NCBI GenBank assembly: GCA_012515595.1
Contig: JAAYYA010000205.1
Coordinates: forward strand, 1 to 63,705
Direction of reading: 5' to 3'
Length of the DNA stretch: 63,705 nt
Source: Actinomycetales bacterium
GTDB lineage: Bacteria; Actinomycetota; Actinomycetes; Actinomycetales; Dermatophilaceae
Shown here: positions 47,562-60,900 of the stretch, in pieces
How the letters are laid out: every line of letters starts with the position of its first letter
Numbering within the stretch: the first letter of the stretch is position 1
Notes under the pieces: model-generated
Told to the model about the DNA's origin: nothing
The model's database searches: none
What the model saw: the letters and a program-made list of their open reading frames with translations, nothing else
Position numbers and translations under genes: made by a program

Positions 47562-48296
47562 TCAGGCGCCGTAGGCGCTGGCCCCGCTGCGCGAGACGAC
47601 GATCCGGGTGATCGACGCGGTCCGGCCCAGGCCGAGCAGCATCCGCACGATGCTGACGATGTCCTCGACCCTAAGCATCGTCTCGGCCGGAATGGTCTCC
47701 TTGGTCCACTCCGACATGTCCGTGTCGACGTAGGCGGGGGCGACCGCGGTGGCCATCACCCCGCCGCCCGACTCCTCGGCGTTGAGCGTCTCGGCGAGGG
47801 AGAGTAGCGCGGCCTTGCTCGCGCCGTAGGCCGCCAGGCCCGCCTCGGCGTAGGCGCCGGTGATCGAGGCCAGGAGTATGACGCGGGCCGAGGCGGTCGG
47901 CCCGCTCGCCGCGGCCGCCCGGAGCCAGGGCAGGGCGGCCTGGACCAGGTGGATCGCGGAGGTGAGGTTGACGGTGATCGTCCGGTCGACCCGGCTGGCC
48001 GGCAGCGTCTCGAGAGGGCCGGCGGTGCCGGTCCCGCCGCTGAGGACGAGTGCGTCCATGCTGCCGAAGGCCTCGGCGTGCCGCTCGACGACCGCCGTCA
48101 GGGCGTCCCGGTCCGCCAGGTCGGCCGCGACCGGCACCACGGTCGGTGCCCCGCTGCTGCGCAGTTCCTCGGCCAGGGCCTCGAGCACCCCGGGGTCGCG
48201 GGCGGTCACGGTCAGCCCGTAGCCCAGGCGGGCCAGCTCGAGGGCCACGCCCCGGCCGATGCCGCGCGAGGCCCCGGTGATCAGTGCAGAGGTCAT
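47562..48296 (-). CDS. SDR family oxidoreductase
   Basis: TGASRGIG, YGASK. Confidence 0.88.
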   Translation of the reverse strand: MTSALITGASRGIGRGVALELARLGYGLTVTARDPGVLEALAEELRSSGAPTVVPVAADLADRDALTAVVERHAEAFGSMDALVLSGGTGTAGPLETLPASRVDRTITVNLTSAIHLVQAALPWLRAAAASGPTASARVILLASITGAYAEAGLAAYGASKAALLSLAETLNAEESGGGVMATAVAPAYVDTDMSEWTKETIPAETMLRVEDIVSIVRMLLGLGRTASITRIVVSRSGASAYGA

Positions 48297-48381
48297 GGCG
48301 TCACCCTAGGCCCGCCGCCCGGGGCCCGACCGGGGGCCCGGGCACGACCGATGCGCCTGGCCCCGACCGACGGGGCGTCGC

Positions 48382-49428
48382 TCACGTCGGCGGCAGGAGG
48401 ACCGGCTTGAGCACCCGCCCGGCCGCCTGGTCCGCGACGGCCCGGTCGAAGTCGGCCAGCGGATAGGTCGTCACCAGCCGCTCGAGGGGGAACGCCCCGG
48501 CCCGGTGCCGACGGACGAGCTCGGGGACGAGCACGCCCGGCACCGCGTCGCCCTCGACGCAGCCGCGCAACTGCAGGCCGCGCAGCATGAGGTCCCGGAT
48601 GTCGACCACCGCCTCCGCGGCCCCCAGCCCGACGAGCGCCAGGACGCCCCGGGTCCGCAGCCGCGCCAGCGCCCGGGCCACGACCTCGGGGCGGCCCGTC
48701 GTGTCGAGGGCGTGCGTGACCTCCGGGAGTTCGTCCCACGAGGCCAGGGCGGTCGCCCCGCACTCGACGGCGAGCGCCCGGCGTTGCGGGAGCGGGTCGA
48801 CGACGACGACCTCGACGCCCTCGGACCGCGCCGTCAGGACCGCGGCCGTCCCGACGCTGCCCGCCCCGGCCACGAGGAGCCGGTCCCCCGGCCGCGGCCG
48901 CAGGACGTTGAGCACCGCCCCGGCGCCGGTGAGGAAGCCGCAGGCCAGCGGTGCCGCGAGGTGGGGCGCCAGGTCCCCCACCGGCACGCAGGCCGAGGCC
49001 CGGGCCAGCACGTGCGTCGCGAAGGAGGACTGCCCGAAGTAGGACCCGAAGACCGGTTCCCCGCCGAGGGTGAGGGTGGCCGAGCCATCCGTCCGCCGCC
49101 CCCTCCCGTTGAGGTCCGTGGAGCGGAGGCAGTATGCCGGGTGGCCGCCGAGGCACTCCCGGCACCGGCCGCAGGAGGCGAAGGAGATCACCACCCGGTC
49201 GCCGACGGCGACCCCGCGGGCCGACCGGCCCGCGCGCTCCACGACGCCGCAGCCCTCGTGGCCGAGGACGGCCGGGCGCTGCCCGAGCCCGCGCCGGGTC
49301 ACCAGGTCGGTGTGGCACAGGCCGACCGCCTCGATGCGCACGACGACCTCGTCGTCCCGCGGGTCGTCCAGGTCGACCTCGGCGAGCTCGGCGCGGGCGC
49401 CCCGGGAGACGAGCGCCCGGACCCTCAC
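48382..49428 (-). CDS. Zn-dependent alcohol dehydrogenase (aryl-alcohol dehydrogenase-like)
   Basis: GLCHTD, LGHEG, CGRCREC...YC, APLACGFLTGAG, GAGSVG; GTGA overlap with the upstream gene. Confidence 0.88.
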   Translation of the reverse strand: MRVRALVSRGARAELAEVDLDDPRDDEVVVRIEAVGLCHTDLVTRRGLGQRPAVLGHEGCGVVERAGRSARGVAVGDRVVISFASCGRCRECLGGHPAYCLRSTDLNGRGRRTDGSATLTLGGEPVFGSYFGQSSFATHVLARASACVPVGDLAPHLAAPLACGFLTGAGAVLNVLRPRPGDRLLVAGAGSVGTAAVLTARSEGVEVVVVDPLPQRRALAVECGATALASWDELPEVTHALDTTGRPEVVARALARLRTRGVLALVGLGAAEAVVDIRDLMLRGLQLRGCVEGDAVPGVLVPELVRRHRAGAFPLERLVTTYPLADFDRAVADQAAGRVLKPVLLPPT

Positions 49429-49934
49429 TCCCGCTCGAGACCGAAGTAGAAGCGGTGCCCGTCCGGCGCGAGGACGAGGTCCGGGCGACCGTTCATCACC
49501 CCGAGCAGGGTGGCGTCGTCGACCCGCTTGAAGTGGTCGAGCACCGCCATGCCGTCGTAGACCATCGTCGCGGTCACCTCGCCGCGGAACTCGACGTTCC
49601 ACAGGGTGGCCTCGCCGCGCCCCGACGTGGTGTCGGAGTACAGCGACCCGTCGTCCGCGCGGCAGACGAGCGGCACCGCGTGGTCGAGGGAGTCGAAGCG
49701 CTTGCCGTGCCACCGGCTGCGCCGCAGCACCCCCTCGATGGGGTGGCCCGTCGAGAACGCGAAGCCGCGCCAGGCCCCGAGGACCTCCTCGGCCCGGACC
49801 GGGGGCAGCTCGGCCCAGAGGGCGTCCAGGTCGGCCGGGTCCAGCGGTCCGTCGGCCGCACGCAGCTCGTGCCACCGTCCGACGGACCCGACGTCGTCGG
49901 TGTCGACGTCGGCCGCGACGTGCTGCCCGCTCAC
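49425..49934 (-). CDS. GXWXG / DUF4334 domain protein
   Basis: GAWRG, GHP, WHGKRF, ATMVYD, DHFKRVD, LLGVMNGR. Confidence 0.82.
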   Translation of the reverse strand: MSGQHVAADVDTDDVGSVGRWHELRAADGPLDPADLDALWAELPPVRAEEVLGAWRGFAFSTGHPIEGVLRRSRWHGKRFDSLDHAVPLVCRADDGSLYSDTTSGRGEATLWNVEFRGEVTATMVYDGMAVLDHFKRVDDATLLGVMNGRPDLVLAPDGHRFYFGLERE

Positions 49935-51547
49935 CGGACGCGCAGGCGGCGGAACAGGCCGAGCTGCCGGTTGGTGAAGCCCACGAAGCCCTCGACGGTC
50001 ATCTTCCCGGGCGGGCCGAGCGGCATGACGGTCTGGGTGGCGATCGTCTGGTTGTCGGTGAACTTGCGGATGCCCTCGGCGCCGTGGCGCCGGCCCAGGC
50101 CGCTCTGCCCCATGCCGCCCATCTCGGCCTCGATGCTGCCCGCGGCGGCCGCGGCCCCGTCGTTGATGTTGACCGACCCGGCCCGGATCTCCCGGGCCAG
50201 GGCCCGGGCGGCGCGGGTGTCCGCGGACCAGATGGAGGCCGAGAGCCCGTAGCTGCCCTCGTTGGCCAGCGCCACGGCCTCCTCGTCGGTGCCGAACCGG
50301 TAGAGGGAGACGACGGGACCGAAGGTCTCCTCACGGCATACGGCCATCTCGGGGGTGACCCCCTCCAGGACGGTCGGCTCGTAGCAGAGGGGACCCAGGT
50401 CCGGCCGCGCCCGGCCGCCGGTGAGCACGGTCGCGCCGCGCTGCACCGCGTCGTCGACGTGCGCGCTCACCGCGGCCAGCTGCTTCGGGGAGACCAGGCA
50501 CCCCACGTCGGCGGTGTAGTCGTAGGTGAGCCCGATCCTTAGCCCGGAGGCCGCGGCCACGAAGGCGTCCCGGAAGGCGTCGTAGACGGAGTCGTGGACG
50601 TAGATGCGCTCGGTGTGGATGCACATCTGGCCGGTGTTGGCGAAGGCCGAGGTGACCGCGCCCTTGACCGCCGCGAGGACGTCGGCGTCGCCCCGGACGA
50701 TGAGCGGGTTCTTGCCGCCCAGCTCCAGCGAGGTGCCGATGAGCCGGTGCGCGGCCCGCCCGGCCACCTCCCGGCCGGTGGTGGTCGAGCCGGTGAAGCA
50801 GACGTAGTCCACCGCGTCGACGACGGCCGACCCGACCACCGGGCCGTCGCCGACGACGATCTGCCACAAGCCGGCGGGCAGGCCCGCGCGGTCCATGAGG
50901 GCGCGGGTCCACAGCAGCGTCAGGGCGGTCTGGTCATCCGCCTTGGAGACCACCGCGTTGCCGGCCAGCAGGGCGGGCAGGGCGTCCCCGGAGCCGAGGT
51001 AGAGCGGGTAGTTCCAGGGCGAGATGATCCCGACGACGCCCCGGGGCGCCCGGACCTTGCGGACCTTGGTGAGGCCCGGGACCATGCCGCGCACGTCCTG
51101 GTCGGCCAGGTAGTGGCCGGCCCTGCGGGCGTAGTGCCGGGCGATGGTGGCGACCTGGGCGATCTCCTGCCAGGCGAAGAACCTGGCCTTGCCGGTCTCC
51201 CACTGGATCAGGTCGACCACCTCGTCCTGGTGCTCCAGGAGCAGGTCGTGGAAGCGCAGCACGATCTCGGCGCGCCGCGAGACCGGGGTGGTGGCCCAGT
51301 CCCGCTGGGCCGCCCGGCCCAGCTCGACCGCCGCGGCCACGTCGGCCGGGGTCGAGGTGGGCACGGCGGGGATCGGGCTCAGGTCGTAGGGGGCGAGCGA
51401 GGCCGTCTCGCCCGCGGCCTCGCCGCCCGCGGAGGCCGCGCGGCTGACCCAGCCGCGCCACTCCTGCAGGTGCGCCTCGGTCACCCACGGCGGGCGCACC
51501 CCGTCGGTCTCCCGCGGGGCGGCCGTCGACTCCTGGGTCGTGGTCAC
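49931..51547 (-). CDS. Aldehyde dehydrogenase (succinate-semialdehyde dehydrogenase-like)
   Basis: PWNYP, FTGS, LELGGKNP, GQMC, EETFGP. Confidence 0.92.
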   Translation of the reverse strand: MTTTQESTAAPRETDGVRPPWVTEAHLQEWRGWVSRAASAGGEAAGETASLAPYDLSPIPAVPTSTPADVAAAVELGRAAQRDWATTPVSRRAEIVLRFHDLLLEHQDEVVDLIQWETGKARFFAWQEIAQVATIARHYARRAGHYLADQDVRGMVPGLTKVRKVRAPRGVVGIISPWNYPLYLGSGDALPALLAGNAVVSKADDQTALTLLWTRALMDRAGLPAGLWQIVVGDGPVVGSAVVDAVDYVCFTGSTTTGREVAGRAAHRLIGTSLELGGKNPLIVRGDADVLAAVKGAVTSAFANTGQMCIHTERIYVHDSVYDAFRDAFVAAASGLRIGLTYDYTADVGCLVSPKQLAAVSAHVDDAVQRGATVLTGGRARPDLGPLCYEPTVLEGVTPEMAVCREETFGPVVSLYRFGTDEEAVALANEGSYGLSASIWSADTRAARALAREIRAGSVNINDGAAAAAGSIEAEMGGMGQSGLGRRHGAEGIRKFTDNQTIATQTVMPLGPPGKMTVEGFVGFTNRQLGLFRRLRVR

Positions 51548-53099
51548 CGGACCCCCTCGGTGACGAGCTCGCGCAACTTGCCCTTGAGGATCTTGCCGCC
51601 GGCGTTGCGCGGTAGCGCCTCGATGACCGTGAGGTCCTTGGGCACCTTGTAGGAGGCGATCCGGCCGCTGAGGAACTCCTGGAGGCCGGCCAGGTCCAGC
51701 TCGGTCCCCGGCGCGACGTTGACGACGGCGACCGGCACCTGGCCCACCGCTCGTCGGGACGGCCGATCACCGCGACCTCGAGCACGGCGGGGTGCGAGGC
51801 GATCGCGTTCTCGACCTCGGCGCAGTAGATGTTCTCCCCGCCGCTGATGATCATGTCCTTGAGCCGGTCGACGACCCAGACGAAGCCCTCCTCGTCCTGC
51901 TTGACCAGGTCACCGGAGTGGAACCAGCCGTCGGCGAAGGCCGCCTCGGTCTCCTCCGGCTTGTTCCAGTAGCCCTGCATGACCGTCGGTCCGCGGTAGA
52001 CGATCTCGCCCACCTCGCCGACCGGCACGTCGTTCATGGCGGCGTCGACGATGCGGTACTGGATGGTGGGGATGGGCTGCCCGACCGACCCCAGCTTGCG
52101 GAGGGAGTCCTCGCCCCGCAGCACGCAGGTGATCGGGGAGGTCTCGGTCTGGCCGAAGACCGCCACGTTGAGTGCCCGCGGGAAGGCCTCGCCCATCGCC
52201 CGCAGCGTCTTGTCGCTGGCCGGTGCCGCGCCCCAGCTGATGATCCGCAGCTTGAGGTCGCGCTTGTCGATGTCTGGCTGCGCGCAGATGAGGTCCCACT
52301 GCTGGGGCACGTTGAAGACGACGGTCGCCCCCTCGGCCTCGTAGGCGTCGAGCACGGCGGCCGGGTCGAAGGCGCCCAGCGGGTGGATGACCACGGTCCC
52401 GCCGAGCACGATGTTGGCGACGATCGAGCCCAGGCCGGCGATGTGGAAGAACGGGGCGGTGAGGAACCCGATGTCGGACTCGTCGAACATCTCCATCGCC
52501 CGGATGCAGGTGAGCGCCTGCACCTGCATGTTGCGGTGCGAGAGCATGACGCCCTTCGGGCTGCCGGTGGTGCCGGAGGTGTACATGAGCAGCGCGGTCG
52601 ACTCCTCGCTGACGTCCGGCAGCTCGATCGGCTCCTGCGCCGCGACGAAGTCCTCGTAGGCGACCTGGTCGCCCTGGAGCTCGGCCTCCCCGATGACGAC
52701 CACGGCGGCGATGTTCGCCGCGTTCGGCGTGGCGGCCAGCAGCGGGACCAGGGGCGCGTCGACGAAGATCGCCGAAGGCGTGGAGTCGCCGAGGATGTAG
52801 TCCAGCTCCGGCGGGGCGAGCCGGAAGTTCAGCGGCACGGCCATGGCGCCCAGGCTGTTGGCGCCGAAGACCGTCTCGACGAACCACGGGTGGTTGAGGG
52901 TGAGGAGCGCGACCCGGTCGCCCTCCCCGACCCCGCGGGCCGCCAGCCCCGCCGCGATCTGCAGCGAGCGGCGCGAGAGCTGGGCCCAGGTCGTGGTCTC
53001 GCCGCGGTAGCGCAGCGCGGCCCGGTCGGGGCGCATCAGCGCGTGCGTCGCGGTGTGCGCCATCCAGTGGTGCCGGAAAGTCCATGCGGGAGCCGCCAT
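51544..53099 (-). pseudogene. Long-chain acyl-CoA synthetase (FadD-like) with single-base frameshift near 51744
   Basis: YTSGTTGSPKG, FGQTE, WFHSGD, GGENIY in one frame up to PDERW; the continuation GQVPVAVV...LPRNAGGKILK is in another frame (ORF 51544..51747). Confidence 0.85.
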
Positions 53100-53177
53100 T
53101 GGCCACCCTCCTCGTCGGGTCGTCATGAGGGACGTTCCCGGCCAGTTGCCGGTTGTCGGCTCCCAAGGGAAGGAAAA

Positions 53178-53195
53178 TGTAAATCTAAAATCACA
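53178..53195. promoter_or_regulatory. Candidate operator TGTAAATC-NN-RWTCACA-like, copy 1
   Basis: TGTAAATCTAAAATCACA, 79 nt upstream of fadD; near-identical site at 60142. Confidence 0.6.
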
Positions 53196-53281
53196 TGATG
53201 AGGGAGAGTGTGCGCGGCGCACCCCCCGCACATCCCCGGTGAAACCGCCACGGAGCCTCCGGGCGTGGTTAACTGACATTC

Positions 53282-55480
<2,199 letters not shown>

Positions 55481-57646
55481 CTACTCGAAGCGTCCGCCGG
55501 CGGCGGCCAGCTCGACGAGGGACTCCGGCGGCTCGAAGTGCGGCCCGTAGGCCGCGGCGAGCTCGCGGGCGCGCTCGGCGAAGCCGGCGGGTCCGCCGTC
55601 GTACTGGTTGACGAACTGGAGCACGCCGCCGGTCCACGGCGGGAAGCCGATGCCCTGGATGGAGCCGACGTTGGCGTCCGCGACCGAGCGCAGGACGCCC
55701 TCGTCCAGGCACCGGATGGTGTCGATCGCCTCGGCGAAGAGCATCCGCTCCTGCAGGTCCCTGACCGGCACGTCGGTCCCGGTCGTGAAGTGCTCCCGCA
55801 GGCCGGGCCACAGCCTGGTCCGGCGCCCGCTCTCGTCGTAGTCGTAGAAGCCCGCCCCGCTGGACCGGCCGGCCCGCTCGTGGGTGTCGATCATCGCGTC
55901 GACGACCGCCTCGGCCCCGTGCGCCGTCCACTCGCCGGTCTCGGCCAGGGCCGCGGCCCGGGTCTCCTCGCGGATCTTGCGGGGCAGGGTGAGGGTGAGC
56001 TCGTCGAGGAGCTGGAGCGGCCCGGTCGGGTAGCCGGCCTGGAGCGCGGCCTGCTCGACCCGGGCCGGCTCGACGCCCTCGCCCACGGCGGCGACGCCCT
56101 CGTCGATGAACCGCCCGATGACCCGGGAGGTGAAGAAGCCGCGCCGGTCGTTGACCACGATCGGCGTCTTGCGGATCTGTCGGACGAAGTCGAAGACCTT
56201 GGCCAGCGTCGCGTCGCTGGTCCGCTCGCCGACGACGATCTCGACCAGGGGCATCTTGTCGACCGGGGAGAAGAAGTGGATGCCGATGAAGTCCTCGGGC
56301 CGGCTCACCCCCTCGGCGAGCGTGGTGATGGGCAGCGTGGAGGTGTTGCTGCCCAGCACCGCGTCCGGCTCGACGACCGGCTCGATCTCGGCGAAGACCT
56401 GCTGCTTGAGCGGCACCGACTCGAAGACCGCCTCGATGACGAAGTCGACGCCGGCCAGGTCGGCCGGGTCGGCGGACGGGGTGATCCGGCCCAGGAGCGC
56501 CGCGGACTTCTCCTCGGTCGTCCTGCCCCGCTCCAGGGCCCTGGCCTCGAGCTTCTCGGCATAGCCCTTGCCCCGCACCGCGGCGGCCTCCTCGACGTCC
56601 TTGAGGACGACCTCGATGCCCGCCTTCGCGCAGACGTAGGCGATGGCGGCCCCCATCATCCCGGCGCCGATCACGCCGACCCGGCGCGCGGCATACTCCG
56701 GCTGCCCCTCGGGGCGGTTGGCGCCGCCGTTGACCTTCTGGGTGTCGAAGAAGACCCCGATCATGTTCTTGGTGACCTGCTCCCCGCAGATGAGACTGAC
56801 CAGGTAGCGGGTCTCGATGAGGTTGGCCGTGTCGAAGTCGACCAGGGTGCCCTCGACGGCCGCCGCGAGGGCGGCCCGGGGTGCGGGGTAGGGCGCGCCC
56901 TTGGTCTGCTTCCGGACGTTCGCGGCGTAGGCCGGGAGCTGGCTGGCCATGCGCGGCGAGCTGGCCCCGCCGCCGGGGATCTTGTAGGCCTTGTCGTCCC
57001 AGGGCTGGGTGGCCTCCGGGTTGGACCTGATCCAGGCCTTGGCGGCCGGGACCAGCTCCTCGGGGGTGGCGACGAGCTCGTCGACGACGCCCTTCGCGTG
57101 GGCGTCGGCCGGGGAGTACTGCGCGCCGGTGAGGACCCACTCGGTCAGCGCGAGGTGCAGCCCGAGCATCCGGACCAGCCGGGTCACCCCGCCCCCGCCG
57201 GGGAGGAGGCCGAAGGTGACCTCCGGGACCCCGAGGCGGATGCGGGGGTCGTCCACGGCGACCCGGTGGTGGGTCGCGAGGGCGACCTCGAGGCCGCCGC
57301 CGAGGGCGCTGCCGTTGAGCGCGGCGACGACGGGACGGCCGAGCAGCTCGAGGCGGCGGAAGTGCGCCTTGATGTCGTTGATGTGGTCGGTGTGCTGCTG
57401 CGCGTGCTCCGGCGCGCCCTGCGCGAGCAGGCCGAGGTCTCCCCCGGCGAAGAAGGTCTTCTTGGCGCTGGTGATCACCACGCCGGTGATGGTGTCCTTC
57501 TCCTGCTCCAGCCGTGCGACCATCGCGTGGAGCCCGTCGACCCACGTCTGGTTCATCGTGTTCACGGAGCTGTCCGGGTCGTCCATCGTGACGGTGACGA
57601 TGCCGTCGGCGTCCTGCTCCCAGCGCAGGCCCTTGAGGTCGGTCAT
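55481..57646 (-). CDS. fadB: Fatty-acid oxidation multifunctional enzyme (enoyl-CoA hydratase / 3-hydroxyacyl-CoA dehydrogenase)
   Basis: FFAGGDL, ALGGGLE, PEVTFGLLPG, GAGMMG, IEAVFE, SNTS, HFFSPV. Confidence 0.9.
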   Translation of the reverse strand: MTDLKGLRWEQDADGIVTVTMDDPDSSVNTMNQTWVDGLHAMVARLEQEKDTITGVVITSAKKTFFAGGDLGLLAQGAPEHAQQHTDHINDIKAHFRRLELLGRPVVAALNGSALGGGLEVALATHHRVAVDDPRIRLGVPEVTFGLLPGGGGVTRLVRMLGLHLALTEWVLTGAQYSPADAHAKGVVDELVATPEELVPAAKAWIRSNPEATQPWDDKAYKIPGGGASSPRMASQLPAYAANVRKQTKGAPYPAPRAALAAAVEGTLVDFDTANLIETRYLVSLICGEQVTKNMIGVFFDTQKVNGGANRPEGQPEYAARRVGVIGAGMMGAAIAYVCAKAGIEVVLKDVEEAAAVRGKGYAEKLEARALERGRTTEEKSAALLGRITPSADPADLAGVDFVIEAVFESVPLKQQVFAEIEPVVEPDAVLGSNTSTLPITTLAEGVSRPEDFIGIHFFSPVDKMPLVEIVVGERTSDATLAKVFDFVRQIRKTPIVVNDRRGFFTSRVIGRFIDEGVAAVGEGVEPARVEQAALQAGYPTGPLQLLDELTLTLPRKIREETRAAALAETGEWTAHGAEAVVDAMIDTHERAGRSSGAGFYDYDESGRRTRLWPGLREHFTTGTDVPVRDLQERMLFAEAIDTIRCLDEGVLRSVADANVGSIQGIGFPPWTGGVLQFVNQYDGGPAGFAERARELAAAYGPHFEPPESLVELAAAGGRFE

Positions 57647-57674
57647 GAGTGTGCTTCCTTCCGGGGTCGTGGGG

Positions 57675-58883
57675 TCAGACGCGCTCGATGACGGTGGCGA
57701 TGCCCATGCCGGCACCGACGCAGAGGGTCACCAGGCCGGTGGCCAGGTCACGGCGCTCGAGCTCGTCGAGCACGGTGCCCAGGATCATCGCCCCGGTGGC
57801 GCCGAGCGGGTGGCCCAGGGCGATGGCGCCGCCGTTGACGTTGACCTTGTCGTGGTCGATGTCGAGATCGCGCATCCACTTCAGGACCACGGAGGCGAAG
57901 GCCTCGTTGAGCTCGAAGAGGTCGATGTCGCCGACCGACATGCCGGCCCGGCGCAGCGCCTTCTGGGTGGCGGGCGCGGGCCCGGTGAGCATGATCGTGG
58001 GCTCGCTGCCGATGACGGCGGTCGACCGGATCCGGGCGCGCGGGGTGAGCCCGGCGCGCTGTCCGGCGGCCTCGCTGCCCAGCAGGACGAGGGCGGCCCC
58101 GTCGACGATGCCGGAGGAGTTGCCCGCGGTGTGGACGTGCTGGATGCGCTCGACGTCGGGGTAGCGCTGGAGGGCGACGGCGTCGAAGCCGCCCTGGGCG
58201 CCGATCTGCTCGAAGGCCGGCTTGAGGGCGCCCAGGGACTCCAGCGTGGCGTCGGGCCGGGGGTGCTCGTCGTGGGCCAGGACCGGCACCCCGTTGAGGT
58301 CGCGCACCGGCACGATGCTGCGGTCGAACCGGCCGTCGGCAGCCGCCTTGGCGGCGCGCCGCTGCGACTCGAGCGCGAAGCCGTCGACGTCCTCCCGGCT
58401 GAAGCCCTCGATCGTGGCGATCAGGTCGGCGCCGATGCCCTGGGGCACGAAGGAGACGTCGTAGGCGGTCGCCGGGTCCTGGAAGTACGCCCCGCCGTCG
58501 GAGCCCATCGGCACCCGCGACATCGACTCGACACCGCCGGCGAGGACGAAGTCGTCCCCGGCCAGGATCTTCGCCGCCCCGGTGTTGACTGCCTCCAGGC
58601 CGGAGGCGCAGAACCGGTTGAGCTGGACCCCCGCCACGGTCTGCGGAAGGCCACCGACGAGGGCAGCGGTGCGGGCGATGTCGCCACCCTGCTCCCCCAC
58701 GGGCGACACGACGCCGAGAACGATGTCGTCGACGGCGGCCAGGTCGAGCCCGGGGTTGCGGGGGGTCAGCGCGTCGAGCAGGCCGACCACGAGGTCGACC
58801 GGTTTGACGGAGTGGAGCGCACCGCCCCGGTTCTTGCCGCGGGGCGTGCGGAGCGCGTCGTAGATGTAGGCCGTGTCGGTCAT
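57675..58883 (-). CDS. fadA: Acetyl-CoA acyltransferase (thiolase)
   Basis: [28 protein letters not shown]. Confidence 0.9.
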   Translation of the reverse strand: MTDTAYIYDALRTPRGKNRGGALHSVKPVDLVVGLLDALTPRNPGLDLAAVDDIVLGVVSPVGEQGGDIARTAALVGGLPQTVAGVQLNRFCASGLEAVNTGAAKILAGDDFVLAGGVESMSRVPMGSDGGAYFQDPATAYDVSFVPQGIGADLIATIEGFSREDVDGFALESQRRAAKAAADGRFDRSIVPVRDLNGVPVLAHDEHPRPDATLESLGALKPAFEQIGAQGGFDAVALQRYPDVERIQHVHTAGNSSGIVDGAALVLLGSEAAGQRAGLTPRARIRSTAVIGSEPTIMLTGPAPATQKALRRAGMSVGDIDLFELNEAFASVVLKWMRDLDIDHDKVNVNGGAIALGHPLGATGAMILGTVLDELERRDLATGLVTLCVGAGMGIATVIERV

Positions 58884-58931
58884 GGCACCGTGCTTTCGGG
58901 ACGGGTGGTCGGGGTGGTGGGTGTCAGGGGG

Positions 58932-60080
<1,149 letters not shown>

Positions 60081-60141
60081 GGTGTGCCTCCTCGGACGAC
60101 CACTCGGACGGACGCCCCATCATCACCTATCCGGGGCCATT

Positions 60142-60159
60142 TGTAAATCAGGATTCACA
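60142..60159. promoter_or_regulatory. Candidate operator, copy 2
   Basis: TGTAAATCAGGATTCACA near-palindrome, 62 nt upstream of the acyl-CoA dehydrogenase gene. Confidence 0.6.
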
Positions 60160-60277
60160 TCCTAGACCACGTCGGAAGATTCCGGCCGAGGTGGGGTGCA
60201 ACACCGGCGCCCTCCCGGACAATGGAGGAGGTAGAGGGCCACACGTCGTCGTGGGCCGCCGGAGTGAGGGAGGACCG

Positions 60278-60802
60278 ATGGTGTTTGGCCTGTCGGAGGG
60301 GAGCGGCGTGGGTCCACCGACCCGGGACGCCGCGTGGTTCGACCAGCTGTTCGCCGAGCACGCCGTGTCGGTGCACCGCTACTTCGTGCGGCGCGCCCCG
60401 CGCCAGGAGGCCGAGGACCTCGTGGCCGAGGTGTTCTCGGTCGCCTGGCGGCGCCGGGACAGCATCCCGGAGGACTTCGTGCTCCCGTGGCTCTACAAAA
60501 CCGCCTCCTACGTGCTCAGCAACCACCGCCGCAAGCCGACGCTGACGCTGCTGGCCGACGTGGGGAGCACGGCCGACGAACGGACCCGCAGCATGGACCC
60601 GGCCGACCTGGTCGTCGAGGACGACGACGTCCGCAACGCCCTGGCCCGGCTGAGCTCGCGGGACCGGAAGGTCCTCATGCTCCACGCCTGGGAGGGACTC
60701 GACGGCGAGGGACTGGCCAGGGCCCTGGGGATGACCCGGGGCGGCGCCGCCGCCGCGCTCTCCCGCGCGCGGGCCAGGCTCCGGGAGGCCTGGGTCTCAT
60801 GA
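60278..60802 (+). CDS. ECF-type RNA polymerase sigma factor
   Basis: Region 2 AEDLVAEVF...PWLYKTA; region 4 LARLSSRDRKVLML...LSRARARLRE; RBS GGAGG. Confidence 0.9.
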   Translation: MVFGLSEGSGVGPPTRDAAWFDQLFAEHAVSVHRYFVRRAPRQEAEDLVAEVFSVAWRRRDSIPEDFVLPWLYKTASYVLSNHRRKPTLTLLADVGSTADERTRSMDPADLVVEDDDVRNALARLSSRDRKVLMLHAWEGLDGEGLARALGMTRGGAAAALSRARARLREAWVS

Positions 60803-60900
60803 GCGACACCACACACCGCGGCAACAGCCGCGACACCCGGGACATAGAGCAGGCAGGAGGCCGCCAGGCAGGGCGGCCCGGCAGGGAGGACGCACGATGA
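60799..60900 (+). other. 33-codon mini-ORF overlapping both flanking genes by ATGA
   Basis: ATG at 60799 overlaps the sigma stop; TGA at 60898-60900 overlaps the ATG at 60897. Confidence 0.35.
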
